Source: Macrostomum lignano (lineage: Eukaryota). Taken from it: DNA of 64,000 bases. The position numbers were made by a program, and so were the translations under genes. The DNA is taken from the NCBI GenBank assembly GCA_002269645.1, contig NIVC01001345.1:1-64000 (forward strand), written 5' to 3'. Position 1 is the stretch's first letter. Each line of letters opens with the position of its first letter. Below the pieces are notes generated by a model that had not been told where the DNA came from, did not search any database, and worked only from the letters and a program-made list of their open reading frames with translations. This document shows positions 23,701-34,359 of this stretch, one piece after another.

Positions 23701-26700
23701 AATTCCTCCTACCTGTGGTATTGCAAAGAGACGCTACATGTAGTTTATTAAAAAACTTGTATTGCATTTTTTGGCTCCCCAACGGGGGGCGCATTGCATA
23801 AGGCTCTGAACGTCGAGCTCCCCGAAAATCTGCGTCAGCATCTCGCATGGCAGTGCGTACATGTTTAGCTGCAACAATGTTTAATGTCTGGGGTCGATCT
23901 CATGCTCCTGCTCATTCTCTAGCTATATATAGCCTACGTGCCCATGTACTTTCCTATAGTTCTCCTACGATAAGTCTTATGTTCCAGCGAAAAGAGAAAA
24001 AGGAACTCTCAAAATATGTCGCTGTGCGCAAACGAACGCTTCTTCCGTAGTTACAGAATACAATTCATTTATTTATTTTCATACAGACAATAAGTCTCGC
24101 AATGTGCAGGCACAAACCAAAGTAGCGCGCGCAAGGATACATCTGTTGGAAAAGTGAACAAGTGACAAATAGTATCGGGGCCACATTTTGACCGCATCTG
24201 ACCGCAATTCGATCTTTTTTGACCGCGTTTCAACCGTATTTGACCTCATCAAGCTCATAAAAAATGGTCGAGGTGAACGTTTTTGGCCCGTTTCTTGACC
24301 GAATCTGACCGCAATTCGACCGTTTTTGACCGTATTTCGAACGTAATTTGACCTCATCAATTTGACCGCAAAAAACGGTCGAGGTGAACCGTTTTTTGGC
24401 ATGGTACGCAAAATCCGGTCAACTGCGGTCGAAGTGCGGTCACAAAGCGTAATTATTTTTTGCCGGGAGGTAAGTCGCAAAATCAAAAATGCGAAAAACG
24501 AAAAATTTGAGAAAGAAAGGAGAGGAAGAGAAAAAGAAAAGAAAGGAGGGAAAAGAGAGAGAGGGGAAGAGAAGAGAGAAAGAGAAAGAGAAGAAAAGAG
24601 AAAAAGACAAGAAAAGTCATATACAAAGTAAAAATAAGTTGCAATTGGGAGAACTAAGTCGCAATTGGAGGAACTAAGTCGCAATTGGGAGGAACTAAGT
24701 CGCAATCAGGAGGAACTAAGTTGCAAATCTGGACAAAACTAAGTTGCACCGGACGGGTGAAATTTTGAGGTTGGGCATGTATGATCTAATATAATATAAC
24801 ATATCAGATAATTTTTAATTAGTAGCTACTAACAAGTTATATCATTTAAGTCACTATAAATTGCCTGTTAGACATTTCCAATGTACTTATTGGTGAACAT
24901 TTTCGCATAGAAGTCCATGCTAAAGCATTTATGTACTAACTAGCCATCATGGGTGAATCTAATGAACAAATATTTCAATGGCTTCACAATTCACAGTGAT
25001 ACTATAGCACAGAGTGATCAATCAAGAGAACTGTATTCTGCAAATCAGTCTAATAACTTTTTGAAAGAAAAAAGTGTTCAGGGTTTAATATTTTTTCTTT
25101 TTGTTTGAATAACATTCAGAAATGCATAGAATAAGATTTTTTCACTATCTTCCAAAACTGCAGGTCAGTTCGAGTGTTACTTCGCCGCGATAATGGACAG
25201 TTCTGGCCCAGTGTGTGCCAATTTCTTTCTAGTAAGTGCTTTATGTGTATCTAATTTAAGCTTTCGTTTGTTCTAAAGATATTCTAACTTTGAAGCATGC
25301 TGATTTCTGTAGATTTTTTTGTTGCTCAAATTCAAATTGATGTCACTTTTACTAAAGACATTTTGGGCTATACCCATTTTTATTTTCCATATATAGTTTT
25401 CGAAACATTATCATTTTAATTGTAGCATACGAGTACAATCATATAGGTCAATCCCTGGATGTCTTTTTAGCAGCACAAATTCGGTGCTAATGACGTCAAT
25501 AAATTGCAGATAAGCATAGGCCTTGTATACACGGGGTATGAAGTTGATCCATAAATATCTATTTTTAGCAACACAATTTAATGCTAATGACGTCAAAAAA
25601 TTTCAGCCAATCAGAGGCGTTCTATACACGGGGTGCGAAATCAACCCATATAAATGTCTATTTTTAGCAACACAATTTGGTTGATGACGTCAGTTAACTT
25701 GTAGCCAATCAGATGCATTTTAGATAGAAATAGGTTCCAGGATAGGCACTTTTTAATATCTATTTTTCACAATACATTTCTCTATGACCAAAGCGTCATG
25801 TCACGAACTTTGGATTCAAAAATAATTCCCAGGCCCCTGCAGCAGTCTGGCCTATTCAGAGGAATCACGCAGCCTGTTTGTCGGCTGCGACTCCGGTCTG
25901 GTGTCCGAATTCAGCCTGGCCGAGGACTACAATAGCGTTGAATTGCGCCGGGAATATCAGGCTCACAATGGCCGCGTGACCGCCTGCATTCACGCTATTC
26001 ACCAAGAGTGGGTCATTAGCTGCGCCAAGGACCGCTATCTGGTGTGGCATAGCGTCCAGACTGGAAGGCGATGCGGCAGCTACTTGGCTGGGGCGCCTTG
26101 CACAGCCCTGCAGTATGACCATCCAACCAGGTTAGCCTTGGTGGATTGTGGGGCACTGGCTGAAACATCATGAGATCGCTGAAGCATCATGGGGGTCACG
26201 GTCACTGAAGCATCATGGGGTCACGGTCACTGAAGCATCATGGGGGTCACTGAAACATCATGGGGTCACGGTCACTGAAGCATCATGGGGGTCACTGAAA
26301 CATCATGGGGTCACTGAAGCATCGTGAGGTCACTGGAGCATCATGGGGTCACTGAAGCATCATGGGGTCACTGAAGCATCATTGGGGCCACTGAAGTATC
26401 ATGAGGTCACTGAAGCGTCATGGGGTCACTGAAGCGTCATGGGGTCACTGAAGTATCATGGGGGTCACTGAAGCTTCATGGGGTCACTGGAGCATCAATG
26501 GGGTCACTGAAGTATCATGGGGGCACTGAAGCATCATTGGGGTCACTGGAGCATCATGGGTTCATTGGAGCATCATGAGGTCACTGAAGCGTCATGGGGT
26601 CACTGAAGCATCATTGGGGCCACTGAAACATCATTGGGGCCACTGAAGCATCATTGGGGTCACTGGAGCATCATGAGGTCACTGAAGCATCATTGGGGCC

Positions 26701-29700
26701 ACTGAATCATCATGGGGGTCACTGAAGCATCATTGGGGCCACTGAAGCATCATTGGGGCCACTGAAGCATCATTGGGGTCACTGGAGCATCATGGGGTCA
26801 TTAAAGCATCATGGGGTCATTAGAGCATCATTGGGGCCACTGAAGCATCATTGGGGTCACTGGAGCATCATTGGGGCCACTGAAGCATCATTGGGGTCAC
26901 TGGAGCATCATTGGGGCCACTGAAGCATCATTGGGGCCACTGAAGCATCATTGGGGTCACTGGAGCATCATTGGGGTCACTGGAGCATCATTGGGGTCAC
27001 TGGAGCATCATTGGGGTCACTGGAGCATCATGAGGTCACTGAAGCATCATTGGGGCCACTGAATCATCATGGGGGTCACTGAAGCATCATTGGGGCCACT
27101 GAAGCATCATTGGGGCCACTGAATTATCATGGGGGTCACTGAAGCATCATTGGGGCCACTGAAGCATCATTGGGGTCACTGGAGCATCATTGGGGTCACT
27201 GGAGCATCATTGGGGCCACTGAAGCATCATTGGGGCCACTGAAGCATCATTGGGGTCACTGGAGCATCATTTGAGCCACTGAAGCATCATTGGGGTCACT
27301 GGAGCATCATTGGGGTCACTGGAGCATCATGAGGTCACTGAAGCATCATTGGGGCCACTGAATCATCATGGGGGTCACTGAAGCATCATTGGGGCCACTG
27401 AAGCATCATTGGGGTCACTGGAGCATCATTGGGGCCACTGAAGCATCATTGGGGTCACTGGAGCATCATTGGGGTCACTGGAGCATCATGAGGTCACTGA
27501 AGCATCATTGGGGCCACTGAATCATCATGGGGTCACTGAAGCATCATTGGGGCCACTGAAGCATCATTGGGGCCACTGAAGCATCATTGGGGTCACTGGA
27601 GCATCATTGGGGCCACTGAAGCATCATTGGGGTCACTGGAGCATCATTGGGGTCACTGGAGCATCATGAGGTCACTGAAGCATCATTGGGGCCACTGAAT
27701 CATCATGGGGGTCACTGAAGCATCATTGGGGCCACTGAAGCATCATTGGGGCCACTGAAGCATCATTGGGGTCACTGGAGCATCATTGGGGCCACTGAAG
27801 CATCATTGGGGTCACTGGAGCATCATTGGGGTCACTGGAGCATCATGAAGTCACTGAAGCATCATTGGGGCCACTGAATCATCATGGGGGTCACTGAAGC
27901 ATCATTGGGCCACTGAAGCATCATTGTGGCCACTGAAGCATCATTGGGGTCACTGGAGCATCATTGGGGTCACTGGAGCATCATTGGGGCCACTGAAGCA
28001 TCATTGGGGTCACTGGAGCATCATGGGGTCATTGGAGCATCATTGGGGCCACTGGAGCATCATGGGGGTCACTGAAGCATCATTGGGGCCACTGAAGCAT
28101 CATTGGGGTCACTGGAGCATCATTGGGGTCACTGGAGCATCATGAGGTCACTGAAGCATCATTGGGGCCACTGAATCATCATGAGGGTCACTGAAGCATC
28201 ATTGGGGCCACTGAAGCATCATTGGGGTCACTGGAGCATCATTGGGGCCACTGAAGCATCATTGGGGTCACTGGAGCATCATGAGGTCACTGAAGCATCA
28301 TTGGGGCCACTGAATCATCATGGGGTCACAGAAGCATCATTGGGGCCACTGAAGCATCATTGGGGTCACTGGAGCATTATTGGGGCCACTGAAGCATCAT
28401 TGGGGTCACTGGAGCATCATTGGGGTCACTGGAGCATCATGAGGTCACTGAAGCATCATTGGGGCCACTGAATCATCATTGGGGTCACTGGAGCATCATT
28501 GGGGCCACTGAAGCATCATTGGGGTCACTGGAGCATCATGAGGTCACTGAAGCATCATTGGGGCCACTTAATCATCATGGGGGTCACTGAAGCATCATTG
28601 GGGCCACTGAAGCATCATTGGGGTCACTGGAGCATCATTGGGGCCACTGAAGCATCATTGGGGTCACTGGAGCATCATGGGGTCATTGGAGCATCATTGG
28701 GGCCACTGAAGCATCATGGGGGTCACTGAAGCATCATTGGGGCCACTGAAGCATCATTGGGGTCACTGGAGCATCATTGGGGTCACTGGAGCATCATTGG
28801 GGCCACTGAAGCATCATTGGGGTCACTGGAGCATCATGGGGTCATTGGAGCATCATGGGGTCATTGGAGCATCATGGGGTCATTGGAGCATCATTGGGGC
28901 CACTGAAGCATCATTGGGGTCACTGGAGCATCATTGGGGCCACTGAAGCATCATTGGGGTCACTGGAGCATCATGGGGTCATTGGAGCATCATGGGGTCA
29001 CTGGAGCATCATGGGGTCATTGGAGCAGGGTGCACGACAATTGACTGCCACAATTTGACTGCCGACAAAGCACTTGCTTTCATAAACGCGAAACTTCACA
29101 ACCGGTAAAACTTTTGCACTTACTTTCATATACTGCAGTCTTTTTATTTTTTTCGCGTTCATAAAGGCATGCTTTGGAAATTGAGGTATATGTTTTTTAC
29201 ATGAAACAAAGACTTACCTTAGAACTGTGTTCTTAATTGTATTATAAAGGTAATGTATTCTGTTCTGCATCATTCTAAATACAATATTTCACTTACATGC
29301 ATAGACTTAAAAAGGGTGACAGAGTGCTAAACTTTAGGAGCATCATTTTGCTGGCAGTCAAATTGCCGCAGTCATATTGTGGCAGTCAATTGTCGTGAGG
29401 TCATGAGGTCACTGAAGCATCATGAGGTCACTGGAGTATCAACCCTGCCACCCGACCTCTCTCCTTCCCAGGTACGCCTTCCTCTCCGACCAGTCGGGCG
29501 TGGTGACCATTCTCCGCCTCACCGAGAACTCATTGGAGCTCATCAACGTGCTCAAGGGTCACTCGGCTGCGGTGACAGACTTGGCTTGGGATGCCAGAAG
29601 GAACCAGCTGTACTCGGCGTCTCAGGACAACGCCGTCATCATGTGGGACATCGGGGGCGGCGAGGGCAAGGCCTACGAGCTGCAGGCGCACCGGGGCTCG

Positions 29701-32517
29701 GTGAACAGCCTGGTGTTCGCGGCCACGTCCAGGGAGTGCATCTCTGCTGGCTCCGATGGCAATTTGGTTCGCGCTTACTGACTGGCTGCTTCTGGGGGTC
29801 TGGGGTAGTCTGCTTTGGGGTGTGTAGGGGTTTTGAGATTGTAGAGAGTCTGGGGAATCGGAGTTTGACTCGTGGAACTTGTGGGGAATTAGTGATGTAA
29901 ATTGATGAGGAATTAGTGATGTAAATTGAGGGGGAATTAGTGATGTAAATTGAAGGGGAATTAGTGATGTAAATTGATGGGGAATTAGTGATGTAAATTG
30001 AAGGGGAATTAGTGATGTAAATTGATGGGGAATTAGTGATGTAAATTGAAGGGGAATTAGTGATGTAAATTGAGGGGGAATCAGTGATGTAAATTGATGA
30101 GGAATTAGTGATGTAAATTGAAGGGGAATTAGTGATGTAAATTGAAGGGGAATTAGTGATGTAAATTGAAGGGGAATTAGTGATGTAAATTGATGGGGAA
30201 TTAATGATGTAAATTGAGGGGGAATTAATGATGTAAATTGAGGGGGAATTAGTGATGTAAATTGAGGGGAATTAATGATGTAAATTGAGGGGAATTAATG
30301 ATGTAAATTGAGGGGGGAATTAGTGACGTAAAATGAGGGGGAATTAATGATGTAAATTGAGGGGGAATTAGTGATGTAAATTGAGGGGGAATTAGTGATG
30401 TAAATTGAAGGGGAATTAGTGATGTAAATTGAAGGGGAATTAGTGATGTAAATTGATGGGGAATTAGTGATGTAAATTGAAGGGGAATTAGTGATGTAAA
30501 TTGAGGGGGAATTAGTGATGTAAATTGAGGGGGAATTAGTGATGTAAATTGAAGGGGGAATTAGTGATGTAAATTGAAGGGGAATTAGTGATGTAAATTG
30601 ATGGGGAATTAGTGATGTAAATTGAGGGGGAATTAGTGATGTAAATTGAGGGGGAATTAGTGATGTAAATTGAAGGGGAATTAGTGATGTAAATTGAGGG
30701 GGAATTAGTGATGTAAATTGAAGGGGAATTAGTGATGTAAATTGATGGGGAATTAGTGATGTAAATTGATGAGGAATTAGTGATGTAAATTGAAGGGGAA
30801 TTAGTGATGTAAATTGAGGGGGAATTAGTGATGTAAATTGAAGGGGAATTAGTGATGTAAATTGATGGGGAATTAGTGATGTAAATTGAAGGGGAATTAG
30901 TGATGTAAATTGAGGGGGAATTAATGATGTAAATTGAGGGGGAATTAATGATGTAAATTGAGGGGGAATTAGAGATGTAAATTGAGGGGGAATTAATGAT
31001 GTAAATTGAGGGGGAATTAATGATGTAAATTGAGGGGGGGAATTAGTGACGTAAAATGAGGGGGAATTAATTATGTAAATTGAGGGGGAATTAGTGATGT
31101 AAATTGAGGGGGAATTAGTGATGTAAATTGAGGGGGAATTAGTGATGTAAATTGAGGGGGAATTAGAGATGTAAATTGAGGGGGAATTAGTGATGTAAAT
31201 TGAGGGGGAATTAGAGATGTAAATTGAGGGGGAATTAGTGATGTAAATTGAAGGGGAATTAGTGATGTAAATTGATGGGGAATTAGTTATGTAAATTGAA
31301 GGGGAATTAGTGATGTAAATTGATGGGGAATTAGTGATGTAAATTGAAGGGGAATTAGTGATGTAAATTGAGGGGGAATCAGTGATGTAAATTGATGAGG
31401 AATTAGTGATGTAAATTGAAGGGGAATTAGTGATGTAAATTGAGGGGGAATTAGTGATGTAAATTGAGGGGGAATTAGTGATGTAAATTGGTGGGAATTA
31501 GTGATGTAAATTGGTGGGAATTAGTGATGTAAATTGGTGGGAATTAGTGATGTAAATTGGTGGGAATTAGTGATGTAAATTGGTGGGAATTAGTGATGTA
31601 AATTGGTGGGAATTAGTGATGTAAATTGGTGGGAATTAGTGATGTAAATTGGTGGGAATTAGTGATGTAAATTGGTGGGAATTAGTGATGTAAATTGGTG
31701 GGAATTAGTGATGTAAATTGAGGGGGAATTAGTGATGTAAATTGGTGGGAATTAGTGATGTAAATTGGTGGGAATTAGTGATGTAAATTGGTGGGAATTA
31801 GTGATGTAAATTGGTGGGAATTAGTGATGTAAATTGAGGGGGAATTAGTGATGTAAATTGAGGGGGAATTAGTGATGTAAATTGGTGGGAATTAGTGATG
31901 TAAATTGGTGGGAATTAGTGATGTAAATTGGTGGGAATTAGTGATGTAAATTGAGGGGGAATTAGTGATGTAAATTGAGGGGGAATTAGTGATGTAAATT
32001 GGTGGGAATTAGTGATGTAAATTGGTGGGAATTATAGATATAGGCCTGTATATCCGTGGAAGCCAGGCCAACATCCCCGCCCGTTGCTCCCCGCGGCCAG
32101 GTGTTCTGGTGCATGTCGGTGCCGCGCCGCGAGACCCCCAGCTGGTCAGAGTCGGACGTGTGCTCCAAATGCGGCGTGCCGTTCTTTTGGAACCTGCGCA
32201 AGATGTGGTCGGACAAGCGAGTCGGCACCAGGCAGCACCACTGCAGGCGGTGCGGCGCCGCCGTGTGCGACGCCTGCTCTCAGCGCCGCACAGCCCTGCC
32301 GCCGATGGGCTTCGAATACTCGGTTAGGGTCTGCGACGACTGCCACGCCGAGGTGACGCCAGACGATCTGACACCCCTGGCCGCTGTGTTCGAAGCCAAG
32401 CAGGATGTTCAGAAGATGGCCCTGTGCGAGACCCGGCGCTGGCTGCTCAGCCTGGGCAAGGAGGGCACCGTGAAGGTGTGGGACCTGGCCTCCGTGCTGC
32501 TGCCCAGTGCGGATTGA
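11795..32517 (+). CDS. WDFY2: WD repeat and FYVE domain-containing protein 2 (WDFY2/ProF-like), 5 exons
   Basis: Exons: 11795-11955 (RKPELIFRIE..ILPKETGIIAVYEDR), 25164-25231 (SVRVLLRRDNGQFWPSV), 25833-26130 (SEFSLAEDYN..AHNGRVT), 29472-29766 (GHSAAVTDLAWD..VIMWDIGG), 32101-32517 (FYVE: ETPSWSESDVCSKCGVPFFWN..RQHHCRRCG..CDAC..VRVCDDC). Phases are all compatible and the protein is colinear with the WDFY1/2 sequence as I recall it; the WDFY2 versus WDFY1 label is a single-copy ortholog convention. Confidence 0.92.
12773..14065 (-). mobile_element. Full-length mariner (DD34D) transposon, probably irritans-type
   Basis: Perfect 28-bp TIRs CGAGGGGCACTATTAAAGTTCTGAGCCT (12773-12800 and 14038-14065); TA TSD at 12771-72 and 14066-67; 1293 bp. 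Confidence 0.95.
12836..13903 (-). CDS. Mariner transposase (~355 aa from MAFSQEL)
   Basis: HTH region, WIPRIL, TGDETW, HDNAPAH, YSLDLAPSDF; 34 residues between the 2nd and 3rd Asp; uninterrupted ORF. Confidence 0.95.
   Translation of the reverse strand: MAFSQELKLEHRAVIKFLTLEGSKPAEIQSRMASVYADAAPSYATIKRWAAEFKRGRDSLEDDPRCGRPRTAVTADNIQRIQALVDIDQRVKVRELAADTGLSDPQVIEILHQHLHLSKVSARWIPRILTRDQKTARVQYSKLVLDSYDPDPANFLSCCVTGDETWIHHHDPESKQESKQWLPVGSPAPLKARTACSAGKIMLTVFWDAKGPLLLDFLPHKQTVTGAYYADLIARLRKAIKENRRGMLSRGVVLLHDNAPAHTSRIAKAAVSVAGFRELPHPAYSLDLAPSDFHLFPHLKRALRGQRFDTDDALKDAATAWFEGCSVQFFQSGIEALRSRCHKCILVGGDYVEKS
15273..17379 (-). pseudogene. CACTA accessory ORF2 (coiled-coil + BEN-like domain), multi-exon, frameshifted
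   Basis: Segments VRWFVLEFAEDRREW, CPACRNLQLEVSRV, heptad coil 16455-16250, VRTLARTFFSDVQLTCLNVTGQK and WVLTGAVELLRNMATARR resemble BEN helices; 63-bp C-terminal repeats. Confidence 0.5.
17030..17175. repeat. 27-bp repeat (GCAGCAGACACGGCGTCGGTCGATGCA-type) inside CACTA ORF2
   Basis: About 5 tandem copies. Confidence 0.85.
17660..17813. mobile_element. 154-bp near-perfect palindrome (hairpin MITE-like)
   Basis: Arms GCGCAACCTAGGGAATCACCCGGCCGTTTCTATTGG.. and its reverse complement; no TSD found. Confidence 0.7.
17814..18980 (-). pseudogene. 5' fragment of CACTA/EnSpm (Tnp2-type) transposase
   Basis: Acidic N-terminus; LSQNGVQRLLNLLHRLVPDNALPRTVYKL; CSAC..CSRC. Predicted intron 18013-17911 then GVLDVHSSVLYREF..DVSYTVAY, broken where the first catalytic xDG is expected. 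Confidence 0.7.
19335..19600. repeat. 23-bp minisatellite (ATCATAGAAGCGTCATGTAAACA), decaying rightwards
   Basis: Tandem array. Confidence 0.85.
19600..20503. repeat. Diverged ~430-bp tandem repeat with (TTAGGG)n-like islands; continues at 23723-23790
   Basis: TGTCGAAGTT..GATTCATTTGGGAAT at 19851 and 20281; (T/G)CATGTAGTTTA-type motif near 19729, 20187 and 23735; GGTTAGGGTTAGGGTTAGGGTTAG at 20401-20424. Confidence 0.7.
20509..23717 (+). mobile_element. Transib/Chapaev-type (RAG1-related) DNA transposon, 3209 bp
   Basis: ~248-bp TIRs beginning CACAGGTAGG (3 mismatches counted); termini CAC...GTG; perfect 5-bp TSD GTATT (20504-08, 23718-22). Confidence 0.85.
21245..23250 (+). pseudogene. RAG1/Transib-fold DDE transposase (~667 aa) with Chapa-type N-terminal Zn domain; two +1 frameshifts
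   Basis: H-x7-C-x2-C...P-x3-C-x2-C (HEENLQALCAMC..PSGICDGC); KIGM[D]GGSLKV broken at ~22230; ACDLKLANI..YPCTWC; PPPELHL; FKGN; frameshift ~23025; PKVHCVFVH; SEQAGESAHHDF. Confidence 0.8.
26160..29025. repeat. 20-bp minisatellite (GGGGTCACTGAAGCATCATT) in WDFY2 intron 3; remnant also at 29398-29435
   Basis: Tandem array. Confidence 0.95.
29033..29397. mobile_element. ~365-bp MITE-like element with ~30-bp inverted termini
   Basis: CACGACAATTGACTGCCACAATTTGACTGC ... GCAGTCATATTGTGGCAGTCAATTGTCGTG; interrupts the minisatellite; no clear TSD. Confidence 0.65.
29890..32030. repeat. 23-24-bp minisatellite (GGGAATTAGTGATGTAAATTGAG) in WDFY2 intron 4
   Basis: Tandem array. Confidence 0.95.
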
Positions 32518-32659
32518 GTGCGACTTGGATTTACAAGCGTTTGGTTGATTGACAGTCTTTGGTTGGGTTGTGGAATCATGCTGTTGAAGCTGCCGACTGC
32601 AGTAAGACCATCACTATGACAATTTTCATTTCTGGGTTGGGTCTAAATTGGGGTTAGTT

Positions 32660-33170
32660 AGTTAATTAATTAATTTGTTAGTTAGTTAGTCAGTAAGATA
32701 GTCAGTTAGTTAGTTAGTTAGTTAGTTAGTCAGTTAGTTAGTTAGTCAGTTAGTCAGTTAGTTAATTAGTTAGTTAGTTAGTCAGTTAGTCAGTTAGTTA
32801 GTTAGTTAGTTAGTTAGTCAGTTAGTTAGTTAGTCAGTTAGTCAGTTAGTTAGTTAGTTAATTAGTTAGTCAGTTAGTCAGTTAGTCAGTTAGTTAATTA
32901 GTGAGTTAGTCAGTTAATTAGTGAGTTAGTCAGTTAGTTAGTTAGTCAGTTAGTCAGTTAGTTAGTCAGTTAATTAGTGAGTTAGTCAGTTAATTAGTGA
33001 GTTAGTCAGTTAATTAGTGAGTTAGTCAGTTAATTAGTGAGTTAGTCAGTTAATTAGTGAGTTAGTCAGTTAATTAGTGAGTTAGTCAGTTAATTAGTGA
33101 GTTAGTCAGTTAATTAGTGAGTTAGTCAGTTAATTAGTGAGTTAGTTAATTAGACAGTTAGTCAGTTAAA
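32660..33170. repeat. (TTAG/TCAG)n microsatellite grading into a 20-bp unit
   Basis: Visible array. Confidence 0.9.
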
Positions 33171-33669
33171 GCGACAGTCAGTGAGAGTTCTACCGCCAAG
33201 AATGTTAGAGTTTCTCTACTATTAGTAATATCCTAGCGTATGTGCGAATTCAGTCAGAGGCTTATATAATGGTGATTGCGATCTCCTTAATTAAATTTCG
33301 CGTCATCCTCATCGTGTCCTTGCGAATATGTTGCCAACTCCTAAGAGTTCGTGTATGCTACTTTTTAATAGTAGTACGAGTCGTGTTTATGCGCAGCGGC
33401 GACTGACTCTGTGCCGATATAAATTCTGCTATTGATTAGTCTGTTAAAAGCCACTTACAACGAACAGAAAACAATATTTCCTTTGTCCGTTTTTTCCGCG
33501 TTGTGGCGCACCTGATTTTTGCTTGCATGAGCTGATGCGCGTGTACCGCCTATATTCATTCTAGTAGTATGTTTCAGTACGTCTTTTTCAGTACACTGTC
33601 TTTTTATGATGAGGCTTCATTTTGCTGCTCTTTGGTTTATCACTTTTGGAGCTTCCGGTGGCGCCTTTT

Positions 33670-33890
33670 CAGTTACTGGGCCAGCCTCCCAGATCCTCAG
33701 TTGCTGGGCCAGCCTCCCCGATGCTCAGTTGCTGGGCCAGCCTCCCAGATCCTCAGTTGCTGGGCCAGCTTCCCAGTTCCTCAGTTACTGGGCTATCAGC
33801 CTCCAAGATCCTCAGTTGCTGGGCCACCAGCCTCCCAGATCCTCAGTTGCTGGGCCACCAGCCTCCCAGATCCTCAGTTGCTGGGCCACC
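33670..33890. repeat. 29-32-bp minisatellite (CAGCCTCCCAGATCCTCAGTTGCTGGGCC)
   Basis: About 7 copies. Confidence 0.9.
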
Positions 33891-34359
33891 AGATCCCAGT
33901 ATATCATTGTACTACTTGGTGACCGCATGAAAGTGTCAATTTTACAGCAGAGTCTCCCTCTTGTACTCTTCAATTTGTTAATACAGTCGTATGTTTTTTT
34001 CTGTAGACATTTCAAGATAACTTTATTTGTGTTCTGAACTTTTATTACACATAATCATCAAGGTTACTAATTTTTGTTTTGCTTATTTCCTCGTAGCCTT
34101 GTGCTGTCTGCTGTTCAACTATACTGTGAAGAAATGTTTATTTTTATTGTAAACAGTTATTATATCTATTATTAAAATAAGTCAATTCTACCTACGCGTG
34201 TTTTGTTAAAACGGCCTCCAATGCTATTCCGAATCTTGAATGCAGCAATACCGCGCTTATTCAGTGTTGTAATTTCATATCATCTTTATACTGGTCTGGA
34301 TTGCTGTTAGATGGCGGTGTCTTTAGGCAATATTATGAATTAAATTCTAATTCACTGGA

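Larger units (their letters stand above)
14294..24467 (-). mobile_element. CACTA/EnSpm (CMC) DNA transposon, internally deleted
   Basis: 17-bp imperfect TIRs CC(T/C)GGCAAAAAATAA(C/T)T; 2-bp TSD AG (14292-93, 24468-69); subterminal GCGGTCAAA/TTTGACCGC-type repeats at both ends; carries a Tnp2-like 5' fragment and a BEN-like ORF2. Confidence 0.8.
14231..24783. mobile_element. hAT-like MITE (~380 bp when empty) split by nested insertions
   Basis: 14-bp TIR CATACATGCCCAAC (14231-44; 24770-83); 8-bp TSD ATCTAAGA / ATCTAATA (1 mismatch); subterminal CACCC(A/G)TCC motif at both ends and AACTAAGTCGCAA repeats. Confidence 0.75.

Noticed and set aside
24079-24705. ORF 24079-24705 and Lys/Glu-rich ORFs
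   Set aside because: Derived from CACTA subterminal repeats and a GA-rich tract of the MITE.
26160-32030. CRISPR-like appearance of regularly spaced repeats
   Set aside because: Units are contiguous with no unique spacers, there are no cas genes, and the context is a eukaryotic intron.
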